Source: a virus (taxonomy: Duplodnaviria; Caudoviricetes). Taken from it: DNA of 27,760 bases. Positions 8,519-18,254 of this stretch are shown one piece after another. Both the position numbers and the translations under genes were made by a program. A model generated the notes under the pieces. That model was not told where the DNA came from, did not search any database, and saw only the letters and a list, made by a program, of their open reading frames with translations. The stretch spans positions 1 through 27,760 of the IMG/VR virus record IMGVR_UViG_3300033076_001599. One strand, written 5' to 3'. Every line of letters starts with the position of its first letter. The first letter of the stretch is position 1.

Positions 8519-10056
8519 CGGATCCTCACAACGGAAGGACGCCCTCCAGTGACCGTTCCGGAATCATCAACGTCTCCACTTCGAGTCATCTCGTTCGAGG
8601 TGGATCTACCTACACCCTTCTGACTGCGGAATATTGTTCCTTTGACATCACCTGCCCGTATCGATCTGGCGAGTTGTTTCAACCCTTGAGCCGCGGCGGT
8701 TTCATCACGCGAGTAGACGCCCATCGATTCAATCTCTTCGAGAGCTTCATCTTCTTTCACCCCGGCGCCTGATCTCATTCTGACGTATGCCATCTTCAAT
8801 GTGTCGATGTCTCTATTGAATTGAATCGTCTCATAGTCGACGAACGTATCAGGTGCCCAGGAATTGAGACCACGATTCGTTCCGTACCACGGTACATCGA
8901 TCTCGTCTGATTTCCTCTCATTCCCATATTCGTCATATATGAGATTTTCTATTCGATCGAGAGGTCCATCACGTTCTGGCGTTGAAAGTGGTTTCAGGAT
9001 CGCGTGATTCTTCATCTCGGCTTCGGTCATCTTTGGTCCCGCAGCAGCGTCAGCTTTCAACTTCTCGATCTCTGCTACGTCTCTTTGTTCCTTCAACAGA
9101 CGCTCTCTGTCCTTCGCTTCACGGTCTTCAATTTCAAGAATTCGCTTCCTCATCGGTTCCGTGATCTTCCCTGATCGTCGCAACGCTTCACGTTGTTCGG
9201 GTGTGAGTGTGTCGAGGATCGCAAGCTGATTCTCCCTCTTCTGTGCAGCGATGAACGCCGCCCGACGTTCGACGGCCTTCTCCTGGAGGGCGATCTTTGT
9301 GGCTTCCCCGTTTCGTTTCGCGACTTCGCTATTCGTTCGTTCCATTGCAGCATCAATGAGTGAGATGTTCTCTTGTGTGTCGAGATCATTCATTTTCAAC
9401 GCTGCGGCGAGCGCGTTCTGCTCTGCACTGAGGCTGTTGTCATAGACCCAGCCTGATGCCTGAATCTTCCTCGCCAGGCTCTCCCGCTTCCTTGTCCAAC
9501 CTTCAGCCTGTCGAGCGCTCATATCGTCCAACATGCCCGCCAGAGCGATCCCGCGTCCCCCTTCGCTCAATCGACCCGTTCCAAGCGTGCCCGCGAGACC
9601 GAGGGCGATCGCTGCAACCTTGAGACCGGTTGAATCTGGTGGGTTGTCATCGAGGGTTCTGAGGGAACGCCAATCGCTTCGCATCGCATCCTGTGCTTCG
9701 CGCTGGAATGCTCTTTGTTCGGCCGCTTCCCTTCGAGCGAGGTCATTCGTCTCCCTCTTCCTCTTTGCGAGATCGAGGTGAAGGGCCGCGCGCTCCTCGG
9801 CACCCTGTGAATTCGTCTCAGCGAGTCGATCCACCCTTTCGAACTGCAGATTGAGAATGTCATCCCGCGTTCGGGCCGCTCGAATGGCATCAGAAAACTC
9901 TCCTTGTTCCGGTGGGGTCGATACCCCTTCGTCGACGGGTGGAGGATTCTGGACTGTTTCGGGGGCCGATGCGACGGCTTCCTCCGGTTCACCCCTTCTC
10001 TTTCGTATGAGAGCCAGGGCCTGGTTCATTTGTTCGATCGTCGCCATATGCGACAT
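8515..10056 (-). CDS. internal virion / ejection protein (coiled-coil)
   Basis: 513 aa, A/E/R-rich coiled coil with one hydrophobic segment (LKVAAIALGLAGTLG); ATGA overlap with the next gene. Confidence 0.65.
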   Translation of the reverse strand: MSHMATIEQMNQALALIRKRRGEPEEAVASAPETVQNPPPVDEGVSTPPEQGEFSDAIRAARTRDDILNLQFERVDRLAETNSQGAEERAALHLDLAKRKRETNDLARREAAEQRAFQREAQDAMRSDWRSLRTLDDNPPDSTGLKVAAIALGLAGTLGTGRLSEGGRGIALAGMLDDMSARQAEGWTRKRESLARKIQASGWVYDNSLSAEQNALAAALKMNDLDTQENISLIDAAMERTNSEVAKRNGEATKIALQEKAVERRAAFIAAQKRENQLAILDTLTPEQREALRRSGKITEPMRKRILEIEDREAKDRERLLKEQRDVAEIEKLKADAAAGPKMTEAEMKNHAILKPLSTPERDGPLDRIENLIYDEYGNERKSDEIDVPWYGTNRGLNSWAPDTFVDYETIQFNRDIDTLKMAYVRMRSGAGVKEDEALEEIESMGVYSRDETAAAQGLKQLARSIRAGDVKGTIFRSQKGVGRSTSNEMTRSGDVDDSGTVTGGRPSVVRIR

Positions 10057-10075
10057 ATCTATGTTCGCTGCCCGA

Positions 10076-10948
10076 TCACAGGATGAGTGGACTGCGAACG
10101 CGCTCGGGCTCTCTGCGCGCTGCGTTCAAGATGCTCAAGGCAGCACCTGCGTATCCCAAGAAGGATCCACCCTTCCCACCCGATGCGGCCTTCGCTGCGC
10201 CATCTTTCGCGGGCGCGATCGATTTCATATCGTTCACGTTCTTCGCGCCCTTCGCGAAGCCCTCGTTCGTGAGGGCGCCGGTCCCCGGCTCCGCACCCCT
10301 TGCGTCCATCGGAGCGCCGGAGGAGGACGCAGCATCCGTCGTGGGGGAATGGGACGCAGCACCCGTCCCCGCGACCTTCGCCCCGATCGAGTCCTTCATG
10401 CCCTTTGCGAGGGTCGGCGATGACGCCGTGTTCGGGTCACGGGCGGCGTTCTGTGCCGTGGATGCTGCGCCGAACGTATAGATGTCGGCGATCGCAGTCG
10501 CGATGTGTCCCAAGTTGATCTTCCCACCGGAGAAGTTCCCATTCCCTGCACCGCGTTCCCGGAACCGACCGATGTCACCCAGGGTCTTCAAAGCCTGTGC
10601 CCGACCGAAAGCTGCTGTTGCGCCCTTGTTCGCATCGATCTGCATTTGAGCGCGCAGCGCTCGATCTTCGAGCCCGGCCGTTCTCTCTCCGGAGATCCGG
10701 AGGGCTTCATCCGTCGCTGCGTTCGACATCGCGATTTGTCCCGGGATGTCTTCCTCCGGGCGATAGAACTCATTCGGGGATTCGCTCGTCTGCGCTTCGC
10801 TGTGCAGCGGTCCACCGTTCCATGAAGGGCCCTCTGCCCCGGGAAGTTCTTCATACGATCCGTACCCGCGCTCTTCCCGAGGTGGGATGATGACCGGATC
10901 GGGCGACTCTTCGATGATCACCCTCGTGGGTTGCGCTCGTTCTCTCAT
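10076..10948 (-). CDS. putative internal virion / ejection protein
   Basis: 290 aa, low-complexity Ala/Gly-rich with a C-terminal amphipathic segment (FLGYAGAALSIL); position in the ejection cluster. Confidence 0.55.
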   Translation of the reverse strand: MRERAQPTRVIIEESPDPVIIPPREERGYGSYEELPGAEGPSWNGGPLHSEAQTSESPNEFYRPEEDIPGQIAMSNAATDEALRISGERTAGLEDRALRAQMQIDANKGATAAFGRAQALKTLGDIGRFRERGAGNGNFSGGKINLGHIATAIADIYTFGAASTAQNAARDPNTASSPTLAKGMKDSIGAKVAGTGAASHSPTTDAASSSGAPMDARGAEPGTGALTNEGFAKGAKNVNDMKSIAPAKDGAAKAASGGKGGSFLGYAGAALSILNAARREPERVRSPLIL

Positions 10949-10955
10949 TCAGTCC

Positions 10956-11918
10956 TCACTTCCAGACCAGTCCCGGCGGATCGAACGCACTACCAAACGC
11001 GCTCCTTCGCCCGGCTGCCGCCGCCAGCTCGCTCTCGCGAGCAGCAATGAGTTGTGCGGTCTCACGTTGTGCTTGGGCTCCGAGGTATGCCTGCTCCTGA
11101 TTTGCAGCGATGGCAAGGTTTGCCTTTCCGGCTTCCATCTGCGCAGCAGACCCGGCATTGCGGGCGGCACCCGCTGTTCCCAACGCGCTCACTGCGGAGT
11201 TCGTCCCTTGCGCAGCAACCTGGGCGCCGACGTTCGCTCGGTTGATGTCTTGTGAACCGACGTTTGTCCGGATCCCTGCTGCAGAGGCATACATCCCGGC
11301 TTGCTGAGAGTTCAGATCATTCATTTCCTTTGCACGAATGATGTCCGATCGGAGTGCTGCGTCTGTATTCGCGTCGCTCGCTGCACCGATCGCATTCCGG
11401 ATTGCGAGCTGCCCACCACCGGAAGACGCTGCGATCCCCATCGCACTTCGGGCATTCGCGCTGCGGGAGAGAGCCGCTTCACGCGCTGCAGTCGATGAGT
11501 ACGATCCTGGAAGCCTGTCTGCCAGACCTTCCAATTTGCGAGCGTCCCTGAGGATCCCACCACGAGACCCTTCTGCGTCGCTCATCCCACCGAGATACCC
11601 AGCGTGTCCCTCGCTCGCTCTGCTCTGAGCTGCGTCACCGACGCCTATCGCCCGACCCGCAACGTCTTCCTGACCCGCTGCTGCACCGTGGCTCAGGTCG
11701 GAGAGGATCCCTTGTCGCGAGTTGATCTCCTTCCGCGCTTCATTGATTCGCTTCGCGTCGCGTTTGGCGTAGTGTGCTTCGTCCTCCTTGTTCCCACCGT
11801 AGTATTGAGTCTTCGGTGGGGGTACCCCACTCTTGTCCGCGCGGATCTTGGATGCAGCAGCGCGGGCGGCGGCGGCGACCAAACTTGCTGCCGCGCCTCC
11901 CACATTAAAGACACCCAT
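10956..11918 (-). CDS. putative internal virion / pilot-like ejection protein
   Basis: Very Ala/Gly/Gln-rich helical protein. Start placed at ATG 11918 (MGVFNVGGAAAS) because the ORF extension to 12017 begins inside repeat copy 3. Confidence 0.65.
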   Translation of the reverse strand: MGVFNVGGAAASLVAAAARAAASKIRADKSGVPPPKTQYYGGNKEDEAHYAKRDAKRINEARKEINSRQGILSDLSHGAAAGQEDVAGRAIGVGDAAQSRASEGHAGYLGGMSDAEGSRGGILRDARKLEGLADRLPGSYSSTAAREAALSRSANARSAMGIAASSGGGQLAIRNAIGAASDANTDAALRSDIIRAKEMNDLNSQQAGMYASAAGIRTNVGSQDINRANVGAQVAAQGTNSAVSALGTAGAARNAGSAAQMEAGKANLAIAANQEQAYLGAQAQRETAQLIAARESELAAAAGRRSAFGSAFDPPGLVWK

Positions 11919-12000
11919 TGCAGCCCCCGATATCACCAAATATTCCCATGTCTCTACATATCGAGGACGTGAACCGACCCAGGGGAGCCCCGGATCGTCC

Positions 12001-12037
12001 GAGGTGGATTCATCCATTCATCGGATTTCGAGGGCAC
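12001..12037 (-). repeat. 37-nt dispersed repeat, copy 3
   Basis: Minus strand reads GTGCCCTCGAAATCCGATGAATGGATGAATCCACCTC, beginning 6 nt after the TGA at 12044. Followed by hairpin GATCCGGGG-CTC-CCCTGGGTC. Confidence 0.95.
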
Positions 12038-12043
12038 GGTGTG

Positions 12044-15000
12044 TCACTCGGGTGACAAGATGACCGTTGCCCGGCGGGGATTGTGATCGTTCGACCCGAA
12101 GACCTTGAGGTGAAGCTCCGTTGGGATGAAGCCTCTTCCACCATCGGGACACGATCCGGATATGTTGAACCTGATCGAGTTCACCCGCTTCTGACCCGGC
12201 AGGCCGCGGAGCGTGAGGGTTGTCGGCGTCGATTCGACTGCGTTTGATATCGTCGACGCAGAGAATACGAGGGTGCTCGATGTGGAGCCGCCGTCCGTCC
12301 ATTGGGTCACGTTCACGATCGATCCCGTATTGAGCAGGTGTCCAACGATCCACCACTCGCCGATCGTCGCTGCGCCAACGGGGCCCGATGGCGATATCCA
12401 ACCGGTCAAGATTGACCACGGGTCTGCGCTCTCCGACGTCGTGTCATCGATCACCCACAGCTTGCGATCCGATGCAATGAGGAGGCCCTCGCCCAAGCTG
12501 CCGCTCCCGCCCTTCACAACCCCACAGACGAGGCGCTCACCCGATGAGAGTTCGGATGGAGACCACCTTGAGATGTGTCCGGTGTCGGTTCCAATGCAGA
12601 ACGTCTCTTCACCAAATGAGAAGATTTCATCGGTTGATCCGACATGGGTGCACATCGAGCCGTCATCGCGACCGAGCAGACGATCGAGGTACGTCACCTT
12701 CGATCCATCCCATATTGCCGGGCCCGATATTGACGTGAAGAAGAGGCCCTGAGGTGTGACGACTGCAGTCCCCCTGGACAGCGGACTCACCCTCAACCGA
12801 GCGACAGACGTGGGCTCATTGTATAGGGCTCCACCTCCTGCATTGTCCGGGCCGGAACCCTGGACGACATAGATCCCGTTCTCCGCGAGAATGAGAGGGA
12901 TGCCTGCCCAACTCCTCACAGCAATCGCGTCGCCGGCGTCTGAGCTGAGGAGGAGCTCAAGCGCTGCGTTCCACTCATATGCGATCCCATTCTCTTTCTT
13001 CTTCGTGTAGAGGATCCGATCACGTCGTTCTGCATCGATTCCCCATAGGCGATCCTCAACACCGGCGACATCCCACAACGCAGGCGGGCACTCGGCGGGC
13101 AACGCTCCACCGGCCGTGTAGATCATCGGGTTGCCAACGACGCCTGTGACAACGGTGTGGAATGCATACATTCCGTTCACGATCGCCGACACGGTTCCAG
13201 GGATGAGATATCCGACGCTCCCAGACCCGTCAGACGCGTAGAGCTGCAAGCTGTGGGGAAGACCTCCACCACGAAGGCCCTTCATTCCGTCGGCACAGGA
13301 GACGTAGAGCTTTGGTGCAGAGGAAGCGAGCTCGAGGGTGACAACGTTCGATGGAGCAGATCGCCTGAGTTGTCCAGCTCCATCAACGTACGTGTATAGA
13401 GCAGTGAATGAGAACGTTCCATTCAAGGCAGGGCCCGTTCCGCCGGTTGTCGATGCAGTGAGGTGTGGACGGTGAAGGAATCCTGCTTCCGCCACTTCGC
13501 GACCGTCCCAATACACGGGAAGAGCAGATCCGATGCACGTGGCGTGTCTTGATGGAGCAGTCCACGGGACTCGACCCGGAGATCCGGAGGATGCGAGAAG
13601 GACTTCGGTGTAGCGAAGGGAGTCGGCAACGACGGTCGTCCTGTCGCCGCGATACACGGGATACCCAATCCCAACCCTGTCGCCCTCGGTCGAGGTGATC
13701 GATAGCGGGAACACGGGTGCATCGAATGCGATGTAGGCACCGAGTCGAGCGAATGGACTCACGATGAATGATCCAGTCGAATCGTTGATCGTATTCGCTG
13801 TGTATAGCTCGATCGACTTGTCGGCCACATATGAGTCGTCGAGGAGGCTCGATGCAGAGCGATACATGCGGACGAGCGGAACGATTGGGAACGTCCACCC
13901 GGTGTCGCTCACCCTCCAATTCGCTGCAGCTCCCATCGGAACAGAGCCATCAATTGTGACGGTCCCAATGCTGCCCGTGAGATCGAATGACCAGACAGTC
14001 CGCGGGATCTCACCGGTCGGCATCGGGCCACGAGAAGACGCGATCCACACGGGAACGTTCCCTCCACCGGATGTTGAAGACCAACCAACGACAAGCGAGC
14101 CGGAATATGCCGTTGAATTCAGCCGCGTGCGGACTGGATCATATGCAGCGAGGCCCGAGTCCGCAGCGAGAACCGTTCCCTTCACTTCCCCTGAGCCGCT
14201 GATCCAACCAACTGCCAGAAGTCCGTTCAACGTGCTGATCGCATATGGCGTCTCGCGGGTTGGCGAGACCTGCAGCGAGAACGAAGTCGTCGCACTGACC
14301 GTCCCATTCACGTCAACGACGGACAACGTTGCGCTCGTCGAAGTGGATGTCGATCCATGAATGACGAATCCAATCCCGTCGTCGCCCTCCGATGTCACGC
14401 TGAATGGCCCGGGAACGAGCGGGGTGCAGAGCGTCGTCTCGACACCGATCGTCATGCCGCTTCCGGTGATCGATATGAGCCGCCAGACGATGCTGGGAAC
14501 TGCACCCGAGGTGTACTTGTGGTACCAGAGAGCGACGCGGTTCCCGGAGTGTGGGGTGAGAGCGATCGGGTACGGAGACTCATCTGCAACCCCACCTGTT
14601 GTCGTGACGAGCTTGTTTGAAACGATCGGCTCGCCCCGGGCATCCCAAAGGGAGAGCTCGATTCCATCACGTCCCTGTCTCTTGACCGCGACGACACGAT
14701 ACCCACTCGTCTTGCAGACTGCACAGACCGGGATTGTTGTCGGCCCGGATGTCGATCCAAAGTCTGCGACGATCTGAGAGCGCACGACCTGTGCAGCGAA
14801 CCAGGTGTTCCCTCTGGAAGATGTTGGGTACGTTGCAGTCGTGCTCCCAAGGTGGGCCGCGCGGCCGCCCCCGACCGACCATTGACCTACGTCCGGACGA
14901 ACATCGAGAAGGGCATCGCCAACCGTGCAACCCGCGAAGAGGGCGGGGACGACCGAAGCCGTGCTCCATGTGAGGATCGATCCGGATATCGCTGGATCGT

Positions 15001-15133
15001 GGCTCAACATCTCAGAACGTGGCCCGTGTCTCAGGCCGGACACGTCTGTGTTCACTCCACGTGGAGCGTAGAAAGGGTCAACGCGTTCGTCCATGGGCCC
15101 GTCGAGCGGGATCGTCATCCAATCATTTGACAT
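12044..15133 (-). CDS. tail nozzle / tail tubular protein B-like (P22 gp10 / T7 gp12 analogue)
   Basis: 1029 aa, beta-rich with propeller-like segments (DRLWGID, RILYTKK, VVTPQGLFFTSISGPAIWDG, ILTGWIS); located between adaptor and ejection genes. Confidence 0.75.
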   Translation of the reverse strand: MSNDWMTIPLDGPMDERVDPFYAPRGVNTDVSGLRHGPRSEMLSHDPAISGSILTWSTASVVPALFAGCTVGDALLDVRPDVGQWSVGGGRAAHLGSTTATYPTSSRGNTWFAAQVVRSQIVADFGSTSGPTTIPVCAVCKTSGYRVVAVKRQGRDGIELSLWDARGEPIVSNKLVTTTGGVADESPYPIALTPHSGNRVALWYHKYTSGAVPSIVWRLISITGSGMTIGVETTLCTPLVPGPFSVTSEGDDGIGFVIHGSTSTSTSATLSVVDVNGTVSATTSFSLQVSPTRETPYAISTLNGLLAVGWISGSGEVKGTVLAADSGLAAYDPVRTRLNSTAYSGSLVVGWSSTSGGGNVPVWIASSRGPMPTGEIPRTVWSFDLTGSIGTVTIDGSVPMGAAANWRVSDTGWTFPIVPLVRMYRSASSLLDDSYVADKSIELYTANTINDSTGSFIVSPFARLGAYIAFDAPVFPLSITSTEGDRVGIGYPVYRGDRTTVVADSLRYTEVLLASSGSPGRVPWTAPSRHATCIGSALPVYWDGREVAEAGFLHRPHLTASTTGGTGPALNGTFSFTALYTYVDGAGQLRRSAPSNVVTLELASSAPKLYVSCADGMKGLRGGGLPHSLQLYASDGSGSVGYLIPGTVSAIVNGMYAFHTVVTGVVGNPMIYTAGGALPAECPPALWDVAGVEDRLWGIDAERRDRILYTKKKENGIAYEWNAALELLLSSDAGDAIAVRSWAGIPLILAENGIYVVQGSGPDNAGGGALYNEPTSVARLRVSPLSRGTAVVTPQGLFFTSISGPAIWDGSKVTYLDRLLGRDDGSMCTHVGSTDEIFSFGEETFCIGTDTGHISRWSPSELSSGERLVCGVVKGGSGSLGEGLLIASDRKLWVIDDTTSESADPWSILTGWISPSGPVGAATIGEWWIVGHLLNTGSIVNVTQWTDGGSTSSTLVFSASTISNAVESTPTTLTLRGLPGQKRVNSIRFNISGSCPDGGRGFIPTELHLKVFGSNDHNPRRATVILSPE

Positions 15134-15145
15134 CGTATACCTCTT

Positions 15146-15520
15146 TCAAAATATCCAGAACGCTGCAGACATCGCTGTTGCGGCGTCCTGTCGGAAGAGG
15201 ACATCCCGGGTTGGATCGAGTGATAGAGATCTCATTGTGATCGAGTCGATCCCGACAACGTGCGTTGACCCTGCGCTCGCTCGGAGAAGGACCGCACCCG
15301 TCCACTCGCGACCGAGACCGTGCCGAACGACGCGATCGGTCGAAGACCCATCGAACTCGACTTCGACGAGCTTCCCGGTGAAGAGCTTCGACAACGTCCC
15401 GAGGTCAGCACCCCGGAAGAGCGAGACGATCGCTTCATTGCGTGTCAGTTGTTCGAGGAAGTCTGCAGTCCCATCCCTGAGAGCGCCCGACCTGCGATAT
15501 CCCTTCAATCCGCCGGTCAT
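15146..15520 (-). CDS. small tail-associated protein
   Basis: Coupled to the adaptor gene (ATGA overlap); contains VRHGLGR, a motif common in small phage tail proteins. Confidence 0.6.
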   Translation of the reverse strand: MTGGLKGYRRSGALRDGTADFLEQLTRNEAIVSLFRGADLGTLSKLFTGKLVEVEFDGSSTDRVVRHGLGREWTGAVLLRASAGSTHVVGIDSITMRSLSLDPTRDVLFRQDAATAMSAAFWIF

Positions 15521-16203
15521 TTCCAGAGGTCTCGCACGGCTTCGGGTTCCCAGTCATCTCTCTGCGAAGCGAGCCGGCTGATCTGCTCCCACTTCTCATC
15601 ACGCTCTGAAGCGAACATTCTTGCACTGACGAGATCCTTCTCACGGGTGCAGATCTTCCGACAGACGTCCAGGACGATCCACTCACGCCAGCCTGGATAC
15701 AAGAGAATCGAGTTCGAGAGGTCTGATTCGAGTCCGAGGTCAGAGTCGTATGAGACGATCACAATGACCGTCGAAGATGGAGGTGGGTAGAAGTTGATCC
15801 GCCCTTTCGTCAGTCTGTACACCGGTCCACTCTGTGACCAAGCTGAGGTTTCGATCCCACCGATGTATGTCTCATCAATTGATGCACGGTGAAGCGGTGT
15901 TGGCTTCTCGGATGACGACTTGAGCCATGCAACCTTCCGGAGGCGAAGGAAGTTGTCCGTCAGGTCGGTTGTCACGTCAACATATCCCTTCGTCCCGTTC
16001 AGTGCGACGACGTCATGGGTGAGAAAGAAGTCGTCACCAAAGTCCGATGATCGGATCAACGTCCCAAGCTCGCGGCTCGATTGGACGATCATTGAATTGA
16101 CGTCTGTCAGCTTCACATCTGTGTTTGAGGTGAAGCCGGAACCGTACCCGAGACGGGTGATAACGTCGGAACGTATGTCGACACCTGGTGTGGAGATGCT
16201 CAT
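15517..16203 (-). CDS. head-to-tail adaptor / tail tubular protein A-like
   Basis: 228 aa; N-terminal helices, INFYPPPSSTVIVIVSY strand and PGWREWIVL helix; typical size and position. Confidence 0.75.
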   Translation of the reverse strand: MSISTPGVDIRSDVITRLGYGSGFTSNTDVKLTDVNSMIVQSSRELGTLIRSSDFGDDFFLTHDVVALNGTKGYVDVTTDLTDNFLRLRKVAWLKSSSEKPTPLHRASIDETYIGGIETSAWSQSGPVYRLTKGRINFYPPPSSTVIVIVSYDSDLGLESDLSNSILLYPGWREWIVLDVCRKICTREKDLVSARMFASERDEKWEQISRLASQRDDWEPEAVRDLWK

Positions 16204-16264
16204 ATGTCAGGTACGTATCCACCGGAAGCAGAGAGAGCACCGGACGACCCACGCGGGTTCAACG

Positions 16265-16301
16265 GTGCCCTCGAAATCCGATGAATGGATGAATCCACCA
16301 C
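16265..16301 (+). repeat. 37-nt dispersed repeat, copy 4
   Basis: GTGCCCTCGAAATCCGATGAATGGATGAATCCACCAC. 16265..16299 is the exact reverse complement of 12003..12037 (35 bp). Confidence 0.95.
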
Positions 16302-16318
16302 GGTTCCTCGGGGCCGTC

Positions 16319-16525
16319 TCAGGCGTCTTCGTGGCAGCACTCGATGAAATGTTCGAGCGCTTCAACGAGCGATTCTGCATCATCGTCGCGGATCGCCGCG
16401 AGGATCGCTTTTGCGTGTGTCAGCTTCTCGCCGGACACGTCAGCGTCCCCCTCGTCGTCGTCTTCATCATCTTCATCGTCATCTCGCTTGGGTGACCCGA
16501 AGATGAGCATCGCACCCTTTTTCAT
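16319..16525 (-). CDS. small acidic protein of the head module
   Basis: MKKGAMLIFG, Asp/Glu tract, then AKAILAAIRDDDAESLVEALEHFI; ATGA overlap with the upstream gene. Confidence 0.65.
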   Translation of the reverse strand: MKKGAMLIFGSPKRDDDEDDEDDDEGDADVSGEKLTHAKAILAAIRDDDAESLVEALEHFIECCHEDA

Positions 16526-16902
16526 CGCCATCCCCTGAATGTGATGTCGACCGATGACCATGAGTGATCGCCAACGAGCGATGCACCCTTTGATCCCGTT
16601 GTGAATGCCCCCCAACGGCTGCCCGTTGCATGGGATGAAGCGACATACGATCCAGTCTGATCGGGTCTTGATAGACCCACGAGTTGTGGAAAGACGACAC
16701 AACCTGAGACGAATGTCTCAACGTAGTTGACTTCATATGTTCCATCAGCCAAGCGACGAACAGATGAGATGTTGTCACCTGACCACTCTTCAGATGGAAT
16801 CGTTCCCTCGGAAGAAGTTGGGATGAGGCGACAATAGAAGTTGAACGCCTGAGGCCCATAGTTGATCGGTGTTGAACGCGTGTTCTTTGTCCTGCGTGCC
16901 AT
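16522..16902 (-). CDS. putative capsid decoration / minor virion protein
   Basis: Directly downstream of the capsid gene with a GGGAG RBS; contains ISSVRRLADGTYEVNY, a beta motif common in virion proteins. Confidence 0.55.
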   Translation of the reverse strand: MARRTKNTRSTPINYGPQAFNFYCRLIPTSSEGTIPSEEWSGDNISSVRRLADGTYEVNYVETFVSGCVVFPQLVGLSRPDQTGSYVASSHATGSRWGAFTTGSKGASLVGDHSWSSVDITFRGWR

Positions 16903-16926
16903 GATTCTTCTACTCCCTCAAACCCT

Positions 16927-18147
16927 TCAAGATCCGACCGGCAAGATGATCTTGCACAGACCGTTTGGCGCGCGAGCGACGAAGTTGTGGTATGCCTTCG
17001 CTCGGATGTCGAACGCATCTGCGTTCTCTGCGCGGGTGAATGACAAGCCGTCTGCTTTGTCGATGTTCGGAACGTTGCCACAGGTCATCCAGACGAATGA
17101 TCCCTTGGCGACGCCGCGTGCTTCACCTCGAGGACAATCACCATCAGGGATCACTGTTGCACCCGCAACAGAGAAGCCCTCAATGACGAGATCGTACTTC
17201 TCGTTCGATCCGACCTGACGACTCACGAGGTTTCCTGCCTTCGCTCTGGAGAGTCGATCGACGTCGATTGGATTCATGAAGATCACGTCGATGTCACGGT
17301 CAGACTGTGCCTGGTGATATGCAAGTGCAGTTCCCAAGCAAGTGTCGATCTGATCGCCTGCTGTCTGAGCGTTGTAGCGAGTACCTGCATATTGGACGAC
17401 GGCAGTTGTTTGGTCGACGCCGTTCATCGAGCTTGATGGAGTTGTTGGGTTGTATGCGTCTAGACCCTGAGGCACGCCTGAAGAGCTGCTCACGTCTGCA
17501 GCGTTGAAGAGATAGTCAGTCGCGGCGAGCGAAGTGATTGTGCCTGTGTAGGTGACCACACCCTCGTCTGAGACTTTTGTCACGACCCCTGTGCCCGAGC
17601 GGAGTGACGTTCCATCAGCGTTTGGACCCGCTTTGAATGCGAGACCGACAGCGAAGTGGCGTGCCATTGAACGGTCAGCAAGAGTGATCGGGGATGAAGT
17701 GCCGGAGCTGTTCTGTGCAATGAGACCCGTGCCGTTGCGGTACGCTTGCTTGTTTGCGTTGCTGCCGAGCGATTCGAGAATCGATGTGTACTCGTTCTTC
17801 AAACCATCAAGGAAGTATGACTCGTCGCCGCCATTCTGGAAGTTTGCAATGTCCTGCCCGGAGAGACGCCCGAAGCCGTACGCAAAACGTTGGGAGACCG
17901 TATACTTGGTATATACCGTCCCACCAGCACCTGACCCTGAGAGGGCCATCTCGAAGTCTGCGCCGAATCGTTGGTTGTTTGCACCGACGATCGCAACGTC
18001 CATTGTGGTGGATGTGAACTTTGAGTTGTGTTCGATGTATTGAAGGAGCTTGCGCTTGCGGACGACGATCTGCTCCGCCATCTTGAGCGGGTAGATCTTC
18101 TTCATCAGGTTTGTGACGATTGTTGTGGATGAGTTTGAAACTGTCAT
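16927..18147 (-). CDS. major capsid protein
   Basis: 406 aa after the scaffold; N-terminal LMKKIY, NKQAYRNGTG, PQGL, VIFMNP, VIPDGDCP and C-terminal FVARAPNGLCKI fit an HK97-fold capsid layout. Confidence 0.85.
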   Translation of the reverse strand: MTVSNSSTTIVTNLMKKIYPLKMAEQIVVRKRKLLQYIEHNSKFTSTTMDVAIVGANNQRFGADFEMALSGSGAGGTVYTKYTVSQRFAYGFGRLSGQDIANFQNGGDESYFLDGLKNEYTSILESLGSNANKQAYRNGTGLIAQNSSGTSSPITLADRSMARHFAVGLAFKAGPNADGTSLRSGTGVVTKVSDEGVVTYTGTITSLAATDYLFNAADVSSSSGVPQGLDAYNPTTPSSSMNGVDQTTAVVQYAGTRYNAQTAGDQIDTCLGTALAYHQAQSDRDIDVIFMNPIDVDRLSRAKAGNLVSRQVGSNEKYDLVIEGFSVAGATVIPDGDCPRGEARGVAKGSFVWMTCGNVPNIDKADGLSFTRAENADAFDIRAKAYHNFVARAPNGLCKIILPVGS

Positions 18148-18254
18148 GGGATCGTTCTTCTATGAGTGTGTGAGGTGATCAGGAATCCAAGATCTTCGCT
18201 CGTGTCTTGGGTGATGACTCGCTCGTCTGACTCAAAAATATTGTCGACCCACAA

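Noticed and set aside
16265-16301. Hammerhead-like GAAA / CCGATGA words in the repeat
   Set aside because: The CUGAUGA core is not intact and the required three stems are missing.
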